This document shows positions 58,163 through 64,000 of a stretch of DNA of 64,000 nucleotides, piece by piece. Source of the stretch: Candidatus Eiseniibacteriota bacterium. Its GTDB lineage: Bacteria > Eisenbacteria > RBG-16-71-46 > CAIMUX01 > VGJL01. Position numbers and translations under genes: made by a program. How positions within the stretch are numbered: position 1 is the first letter of the stretch; every line of letters begins with the position of its first letter. The notes below the pieces were generated by a model. That model saw only the letters and a list, made by a program, of their open reading frames with translations, did not search any database and was not told the DNA's origin. The stretch covers positions 832,001-896,000 of the forward strand of contig CAWBWI010000001.1 of assembly GCA_963792585.1 (NCBI GenBank), written 5' to 3'.

Positions 58163-61100
58163 TCAGCCGCGGGGCGCGACGCTCACGAGCCGATCCACCG
58201 TCAACGTCGGGGCCCCGAAAGGGGCCTCGACCGTTCCGGTCGCGTGCAGGAGCCAGCCACCACGGACGATCGTCCCGAACCGCGCGTAGACCGGCGGGAA
58301 GAGGGTGCACTCGGCGAGGCCCGATTCGTCCTCGAGCGTCAGAAAGAGCATCGACTCCCCGCGTTTGGTCCGCACCCGCCGCGCGGCGGCAAGCAACCCC
58401 AATACGGATCCGGCCCCTTCCCGCACGAGCCGCGCCGCGGGCGGCGCGATCGGCAACGCTCCCTCGCGCGCGAGCCGCTCGCGGATCACCTCGACGGGAT
58501 GCGCGGTGATCGCGATCTCCAGCGTCTCGAGTTCGTGGCGGACGCGCGTCTCGCGATCGTATTCCCGCCACGCCCCGCTCTCCTCGCGCGGCGGAAGCGC
58601 GAGCCGCATCGATACCTCCTCCCCTCGGTCCGGCCCCTTCCGCGTCCGGCAGTGAAGCCGCCAGAGGCGGGCGGGTCTTGGACCCGGCCCCACGTCGTCG
58701 AGCGCGCCACACAGGATGAGCGCCTCGGCCTCCGGCAGGCTCGCCCTCGTCCGCGCCAGGAACTCCTCGACGTCGGCGAAGGCGCCCCGCGCACGCTCGC
58801 TCAGGATCGCCGCGCGCGTGCAGTCGCTCAACCCGCGGACCTGCGCCAAGCCGCAGCGGAGGGCGCATCCGTCCCACGTCCAACCGAGCTCCGACCGGTG
58901 CACACACGGGGCCGCGAAGGCGACCCCCCTGCGGCGGGCCTCCTCGACGTGCACGCGAAGCGGGTACATCCCCTGGTGGTTGTTCAGGAGGGCGGCGTAG
59001 AAAGGGCCCGGATGGTGAGCCTTCAGGTAGGTCGTGATGTAGGCCAGCACGCCGTAGCCGGAGGCATGCGCCTTGCAGAAGGCATACGAACCGAAACGGG
59101 CCAGCTCCTCCCAGACCTGCCGCGCGACGTCGGAGTCGATCTGATTGCGCACCGCGCAGGCGATGAAGCGATTCTCGAGCCCGCGCATCGTGAGGTCCCG
59201 CCAGGGATCCGCCCCCGTCGTCGCGCGGCCCGTCGAAGGACGTTCGCCGAGCGAGGGATCGGCCGCCACGCGGCTGGCGGAGGCGATCGCGCGCCGCAAG
59301 AGGTCGCCGACCGCGCGGTCGAATCCCCCGATCGCCGCGGCCACGCAGATCACGTCCTCCTCGTAGAGCAGGATCCCGTGCGTCGACGCCAACAGGGGCG
59401 CCAGCGAGGGATGCAGGAATCGGTCCGGCTCGAGCCCCCTCTCGCGGCGCACGAACCGCTCCTTCATCCCCGATCCCGCCGGATCGGGCCGGATCAGCGA
59501 GAGGGCGTTGATCGTCCCCTCGAGATCGCGGGTCCGCAGCATCCGCAGCAGGTTGCGCATGCCCGGCGACTCGATCTGGAAGCAGCCGAGCGTCGCCCCC
59601 TGCTCGAGGAGTTCGGACGTCGACGGATCCGGATCCGGAATCGCGGCGAGATCGGGCTCCGCCTCCCCGGACGCGCGAATTCCCTCGATCGTCTCCGCGA
59701 TCGTGGAGATCGCCCGATTCCCGAGCAGGTCGATCTTCACGAGCCCGATCGCCTCGATCGCGTTCATCTCGTACTGCGTGACCACGATCCCCTTCGTCGC
59801 CATTTCGAGAGGGACCCATCGGTCGAGAGGCCCCGGGCCGATCACGATCCCCCCGCAGTGGATGCCCAGCGTGTGGGGCAGGCCGATCAGGTGGTCGGCG
59901 GTCGCGATCAGCTCGGGCAGCGGCGGCTCTTCCAGGTCGAGCGTGCGCCCCAAGGGCGTCGAGAGGATCGCGCACCCGAGCGGCCCGTCGCTGAACGAGG
60001 GAATCGCCCGCGCAATCCGGTCGGCGGCGTCGGGGGCGAGTCCGAATGCCTTCGCCGCCTCGCGGAACGCTCCCCGCGCCTGATAGTGGTTCTGCGTCGA
60101 GATCATCGCGACGCGGTCCGACCCGTAGGTGTCGTAGACGTGGCGGATCACCTCATCGCGCCGACGCCAGCAGAGATCGATGTCGAGATCCGGAAGGTCG
60201 CGGCGAAGCCTGTGGAGAAAGCGCTCGAACGTCAGGCGATAGCGGATCGGGTCGACGTTCGTGATCCCCAGCAGATACGAGACGATCGAGCTCGCGCCGC
60301 TGCCGCGGCCCACGGTCGGGATTCCCCGCGCGCGCGCCGCGGCCACGATGTCACCGACGACGACGAAGTAGTCGGTGAAACCCATCGTATCGATCTGCTC
60401 GAGTTCCGTCGCGAGCCTGCGGGCGACCTCGCGCGTGACGCGCCCGTAGCGGCGCCGGAGCCCATCCTGCGTCATCCGGTAGAGACGGTCGTATGCGCTC
60501 TCCCCATCCGGAAGAGGCAGCTTCGGGAACAGGCTCCCCGGCGCGGGGAGGTCGGCCGCGCCGAAGGAGCAGCCGAGCGCGAGACGTCTCGACGCGGCCA
60601 GAAGCGCCGGATCGTCGGCGAAGAGGCGAAACGTCTCCGCGGGACCGGCGAGGTGCGCCCCTTCGGGCGCCAGAAGGTCCGGGTCGAGTCGTGTGATCAG
60701 TTCGTTCTCGCGCACCGCCGCCAGGAGCCGGTGCGTCGGCCGGTCCCCGGCGTCTCCGAGGAAGCCGTCGATCGTGCCCACCAGATCGACGCCGAGCCGC
60801 CGCGCCGTCGAGCGCAGGAGCGCCTCCGCGGCGAGGTCGGATGCGCAACGCACCACCGCCGCATGGAGCCGCTCACGCGGCACCCGCTCCCGGAGACGTT
60901 CCAGCGCGGCCGGATCGCGCGCCAGGACTTCGAGTCCCTCGACATGGTCCCCGACGCGTTCCGGAAGATCGAACGTATCGGCGAGATGCCGCGCCGTCAG
61001 GATCCGACAGAGCGAGGAGTAGCCGGCCGCCTCCCTCACCAGCAGCACGACGGAACCGTGCACGCGCGCCGGACCGCGCATGATCCCGCGCGCTCCGTCT

Positions 61101-61369
61101 TCACCGGGGATCTGCGGCGCCCCGGCGCGCGGCGTCACCTCCGCGCCGAGGACCGGCCGGATCCCGGCCTCCGCCGCGGCCCGCAGGAAAGCGATCGCCC
61201 CGTAGAGGTTGTTCCTGTCCGTGAGCGCAAGGGCGTCGAGCCCCGCCGCGTTCGCGCGGCGGACGAGGGTGTCGGGAGACGCCGTTCCCAGTCCCAGGGA
61301 GTGGGCGCTGCGCACGATGAGGGGGACCGGAATCGGCCCGGGCGCCCCCGCGTTTTGTCGTTTGTTCAC
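58163..61369 (-). CDS. dnaE2: DNA polymerase III alpha subunit, DnaE2/error-prone type
   Basis: GRGSGASS, FERFL, PDLDID, HCGG, KIDLLGN, FGSYAFCKAHA, C-terminal OB fold (MLFLTLEDESG); degenerate PHP; no tau-binding tail; start inferred from the promoter position. Confidence 0.85.
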   Translation of the reverse strand: MNKRQNAGAPGPIPVPLIVRSAHSLGLGTASPDTLVRRANAAGLDALALTDRNNLYGAIAFLRAAAEAGIRPVLGAEVTPRAGAPQIPGEDGARGIMRGPARVHGSVVLLVREAAGYSSLCRILTARHLADTFDLPERVGDHVEGLEVLARDPAALERLRERVPRERLHAAVVRCASDLAAEALLRSTARRLGVDLVGTIDGFLGDAGDRPTHRLLAAVRENELITRLDPDLLAPEGAHLAGPAETFRLFADDPALLAASRRLALGCSFGAADLPAPGSLFPKLPLPDGESAYDRLYRMTQDGLRRRYGRVTREVARRLATELEQIDTMGFTDYFVVVGDIVAAARARGIPTVGRGSGASSIVSYLLGITNVDPIRYRLTFERFLHRLRRDLPDLDIDLCWRRRDEVIRHVYDTYGSDRVAMISTQNHYQARGAFREAAKAFGLAPDAADRIARAIPSFSDGPLGCAILSTPLGRTLDLEEPPLPELIATADHLIGLPHTLGIHCGGIVIGPGPLDRWVPLEMATKGIVVTQYEMNAIEAIGLVKIDLLGNRAISTIAETIEGIRASGEAEPDLAAIPDPDPSTSELLEQGATLGCFQIESPGMRNLLRMLRTRDLEGTINALSLIRPDPAGSGMKERFVRRERGLEPDRFLHPSLAPLLASTHGILLYEEDVICVAAAIGGFDRAVGDLLRRAIASASRVAADPSLGERPSTGRATTGADPWRDLTMRGLENRFIACAVRNQIDSDVARQVWEELARFGSYAFCKAHASGYGVLAYITTYLKAHHPGPFYAALLNNHQGMYPLRVHVEEARRRGVAFAAPCVHRSELGWTWDGCALRCGLAQVRGLSDCTRAAILSERARGAFADVEEFLARTRASLPEAEALILCGALDDVGPGPRPARLWRLHCRTRKGPDRGEEVSMRLALPPREESGAWREYDRETRVRHELETLEIAITAHPVEVIRERLAREGALPIAPPAARLVREGAGSVLGLLAAARRVRTKRGESMLFLTLEDESGLAECTLFPPVYARFGTIVRGGWLLHATGTVEAPFGAPTLTVDRLVSVAPRG

Positions 61370-61375
61370 ACGGAG

Positions 61376-61396
61376 AGGATACCATACATGTGTTCG
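61376..61396 (-). promoter_or_regulatory. Extended -10 promoter overlapped by an SOS (LexA)-like box
   Basis: Minus strand CGAAC-ACAT-GTATG (compare CGAAC-N4-GTTCG) overlapping TGgTATCCT, which ends 6 nt before the GTG. Confidence 0.55.
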
Positions 61397-61433
61397 GGTG
61401 ATCACCGAAATGCGACGGCGGGCCACCGAAGCC

Positions 61434-61472
61434 AAAAAGCGAGGGCGGCGGACCCTCGGCCCGCCGCCCCGC
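61434..61472 (-). terminator. Intrinsic terminator of the DUF6754 operon
   Basis: Stem GGGCGGCGG/CCGCCGCCC followed on the minus strand by TCGCTTTTT. Confidence 0.75.
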
Positions 61473-61495
61473 CCGGACGCGTCGGAACGGGAAGG

Positions 61496-62182
61496 CTAGG
61501 AGATGATTCCCAGCCAATCCCGAAGCAGGAACGTGAAACGGCCGATGGCGAGGGAGACGCGCGCCATCACGGTGAAGCCGAAGCTCGCCCCGAACCCGAT
61601 CATGATGTAGACGATGCCGGTCTTGGCGCCCCACTTGACGATTCCCTTGTGCTCCTTCGAGAAGAAGAAGTAGGTCAGGGTCGTCACGACGCCGACCAGA
61701 ACCACGAGCGCCCAGATCCCCTCCGTCACGTTCCCGAAACTCGCCCGGTTTACGAGAGATCCCCGCATCTGCGGGAAGACGCTGCCCTCGAGGGAGGCCG
61801 GGATCCCGTAACCCATGTAATAGCCCATGAAGATCCCGATCGGGATCCGCACGAGCCACGAGTGCTTCGGCACGAAGCGCATGAAGTAGAGACATCCGAT
61901 CAGACCGGGCACGATCAGCCAGAAGTTCGCCGGAGAGAGGGGATCGAAGAGATCTTTCGTCACGCCCTTCTCCGCCGCGAGCTGGAACGCGCGTCCGAAG
62001 GGCTTGATCATGACCGGCACGATGACGCGGTGGTACATGAAGGCGATCGAGTATCCGTTCGCCACACCCACCCAGAGATGCTCCGCGAAGCGGTAGAACG
62101 GATTGTCTTTGTAGAGGAAGGATAGAACGCTCAGGGTCAAAAAGACCCCGACCCACACCCAGATATCGTGACTCAGGTGCAT
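61496..62182 (-). CDS. Conserved hypothetical polytopic membrane protein (DUF6754 cluster)
   Basis: MHLSHDIW...SFLYKDNPFYRFAEHL.VG...YFFFS...MIGFGASFGFTVMAR; about 5-6 hydrophobic segments; TGATG coupling. Confidence 0.8.
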   Translation of the reverse strand: MHLSHDIWVWVGVFLTLSVLSFLYKDNPFYRFAEHLWVGVANGYSIAFMYHRVIVPVMIKPFGRAFQLAAEKGVTKDLFDPLSPANFWLIVPGLIGCLYFMRFVPKHSWLVRIPIGIFMGYYMGYGIPASLEGSVFPQMRGSLVNRASFGNVTEGIWALVVLVGVVTTLTYFFFSKEHKGIVKWGAKTGIVYIMIGFGASFGFTVMARVSLAIGRFTFLLRDWLGIIS

Positions 62183-63045
62183 CACTTCCCCCTCTTGCTC
62201 GCGAAGTAGGCGATGTTGCCCAGAACGACGAACACCATGATCGCGAGATGGGCCGCCGACTGGGAGCCCATCCCCTCGCTCGCCCGCACCCGACCGCCGA
62301 TGTGGTAGCGATCCTCGACGAGCTGCTCGTATTCCGCTGCGCCCTTCATCCCACCCAGCATGCCGGAGAACTGGCGCGTCTCGAAGTAGGGGTAGAACTC
62401 GGGGGCGCTGACAGCGGTGCACCCCGCCGCCACCTTGACGCCGAACTTGGGCTGGGCGAACTGGACGTACCAGAGCGGCGATCCGGCGCTCGCGATCGCG
62501 GCGACGAGGCCGACCTGATCGTAGTTGTGGATATTGCGCATGATCGGCAGCGAGTCGGTCGTCGCGCCGAAGAAGTCGGTCGGGTAGATCCCCGATATCG
62601 ACTTCCCCATGGCGAGGATCGGGACGATCGGCGGCGGTTGCCACCCGAGGAATGCGACGTCGCGGCCGTAGTGGACGCTGTCGGCCGGGGCCTTCGCCCG
62701 GGCATTGAACTCGGCGACCACCTGGTTCATCGCGTCCGCGACGAGGGGCGTCGATTCGACATAGAGGCTGAGCATCACGACCGGCAACCTCCGGGCCATG
62801 GCGTGCCGGATCAATGCGATCGTCATCGGCTGGTTCTCGGCCTCGGTCTGCGGCGTGTAGTCGGTCGAGATCATCAGGCACTGACTGCTCGGGTCGATTC
62901 CCTCGACCGTGTCGAAGAGCGCCTTCGTCGACTTCTGGCATCCGACCGGCTGGTGGATGGGGAAGATCATCGGCAGGATGATCACCACCCCGATGATGAT
63001 GAAGATGAACCGGCGATCGATCTTCAGGAGGCGGTCCCAGTTCAC
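62182..63045 (-). CDS. Conserved hypothetical protein, TM-soluble domain-TM (DUF6754 cluster)
   Basis: IDRRFIF N-terminal TM, DY.P...AE..PM, YPY....Q..G..GGMKGAAEYE, C-terminal TM ending GNIAY; GTGA coupling. Confidence 0.8.
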   Translation of the reverse strand: MNWDRLLKIDRRFIFIIIGVVIILPMIFPIHQPVGCQKSTKALFDTVEGIDPSSQCLMISTDYTPQTEAENQPMTIALIRHAMARRLPVVMLSLYVESTPLVADAMNQVVAEFNARAKAPADSVHYGRDVAFLGWQPPPIVPILAMGKSISGIYPTDFFGATTDSLPIMRNIHNYDQVGLVAAIASAGSPLWYVQFAQPKFGVKVAAGCTAVSAPEFYPYFETRQFSGMLGGMKGAAEYEQLVEDRYHIGGRVRASEGMGSQSAAHLAIMVFVVLGNIAYFASKRGK

Positions 63046-63701
63046 TTGCCACCTCCCATCCACGAGCGCTCGATCCCCGTGAGGATCTTGAGCGAGGTGG
63101 CCAGCGCCCCGAGAGTCACCCCCAGCTCGATACCCCTCTTCGATGCGGTGTTCGGCACGCTCATGATCCGCTGGCTGATCTCGGGGATCTCGCTCCAGAG
63201 GGCCTGTCCGAAGGGAACCTGCCCGAGCATCACGACGAACGCGGCGGCCAGGAGCAGGAAGGCGAGGACGTTCTTCGCGCGAAACGAGCGGTAGGCGGCG
63301 GACGCCATGTAGAAGGCGAGCAGAGAGAACATCGATGCACCCAGCGGGGTGAGGACCTTCATGTACAGAGTCTGCACATCGTATTGAAAGCCGCCCAGCT
63401 TCGTGGGGAACCATCCGGTGCCGGAAACACCCCCACAGAGGCCGATGAAGGCCGTCACGCCCAGGGCGATGAGGAGCGTATAGGACTGATGCCAGTTGAC
63501 GCCCTTGCGCTTGATGCGCCCGAAATGGTGCTGGATCAGGTTTCCAAGCCCCAGGATGAGGGCGAATGCGGAGATGATCCGGAGCAACGTGTTGCGAAGG
63601 TACTCATTGAAGGTATCCACGGTGGGGTAAGGGATGAAGTAGGCGGTGATTCCGAAAATGCCCATGAGGATCATGATTCCGAGTGGAAGCTTGTCGCGCA
63701 T
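63042..63701 (-). CDS. Conserved hypothetical polytopic membrane protein (DUF6754 cluster)
   Basis: PLGASMFSLLAFYMASAAYRSFRAK, MLGQVP, VPNTASKRGI, LTGIER; RBS GGAGG. Confidence 0.8.
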   Translation of the reverse strand: MRDKLPLGIMILMGIFGITAYFIPYPTVDTFNEYLRNTLLRIISAFALILGLGNLIQHHFGRIKRKGVNWHQSYTLLIALGVTAFIGLCGGVSGTGWFPTKLGGFQYDVQTLYMKVLTPLGASMFSLLAFYMASAAYRSFRAKNVLAFLLLAAAFVVMLGQVPFGQALWSEIPEISQRIMSVPNTASKRGIELGVTLGALATSLKILTGIERSWMGGGK

Positions 63702-63712
63702 CGTCCCCTCCC

Positions 63713-64000
63713 CTAACGGCCCGAGGTGGCCAGGATCCGCCCGGCGTCCCAGTTGAATGCGAGCGCCACGATGGTGCCGACCACCAGAAAGACCATGAAG
63801 AAGAGTTTGCCCATGTCCTCCCCCTTCAGCGCGCCCACCATGAGGGGTTCTCGAGAGAGGTAGGCGGAAGCGGCGTACAGCTCCTCTCCCATCAACGTGT
63901 AGTCGCAGGCCACGACGAAGAACGGCAGCTGCGTCGGCGTGTCCGTGCCGGCGATCTGGATCGCGCCGGTGGTGGAGCCCGTTTCGGCCAGAATCAGCGA
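63713..64000 (-). CDS. DUF6754-domain membrane protein, 3' end only
   Basis: Manual translation LILAETGSTTGAIQIAGTDTPTQLPFFVVACDYTLMGEELYAASAYLSREP...KGEDMGK followed by a TM helix. Confidence 0.72.
   Translation of the reverse strand, partial: SLILAETGSTTGAIQIAGTDTPTQLPFFVVACDYTLMGEELYAASAYLSREPLMVGALKGEDMGKLFFMVFLVVGTIVALAFNWDAGRILATSGR

Noticed and set aside
58244..62125. Very long antisense or alternate-frame ORFs (e.g. 58244..62125 +, 16243..18837 +, 44764..47403 +, 54995..57406 -)
   Set aside because: They shadow well-supported genes, lack motifs and are expected from stop-codon scarcity at high GC
1..64000. tRNA, rRNA, CRISPR arrays, IS elements, known riboswitches
   Set aside because: Intergenic gaps are short, and none showed cloverleaf, repeat-spacer, terminal-inverted-repeat or recognised aptamer signatures by eye; a tRNAscan/Infernal run would be needed to exclude them formally

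Overview
This is a high-GC bacterial chromosomal segment (roughly 70% GC by eye), and nearly all genes from 1 to 52 kb lie on the minus strand. It holds core genes: purQ/purL/purB/purC/purH/guaA, an HtrA protease, transaldolase, truA, asd, rlmI, lnt, rpsT, dapF/dapA/dapB, argF, hslUV, xerC, topA, secA, an Slt, comEC, rnr, accA and pyrE. It also holds an envelope/secretion block with PorV-like and PorU-like (C25) genes and FlgD-Ig C-terminal tails on three proteins, PorU included. This content, plus a long FCB-type SecA and a Bacteroidota-type bS22, suggests an FCB-related candidate phylum such as Eisenbacteria or Krumholzibacteriota; that placement is inference. A ~13 kb island (19.3-32.6 kb) has many single-base frameshifts in essential genes and is most likely assembly error. 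The most interesting candidates are: (1) a stand-alone, nearly charge-free G/P/F/N/S/T/aromatic prion-like protein with a sigma28/WhiG-type promoter, a structured leader and an ssrA-like -LAA C-terminus (54.0-54.9 kb); (2) a T9SS-like PorU/PorV/FlgD-tail secretion-sorting module; (3) a translationally coupled DUF6754 membrane operon; (4) a PP2C-pseudophosphatase-TM-PEGA protein; (5) a 4-Cys insert in SecA; (6) a lone, leaderless dnaE2 behind an SOS-like box; (7) a 31-aa bS22 gene missing from the ORF track. No rRNA, tRNA, CRISPR array or mobile element was recognised. All family assignments come from motif recognition by eye, not database searches.
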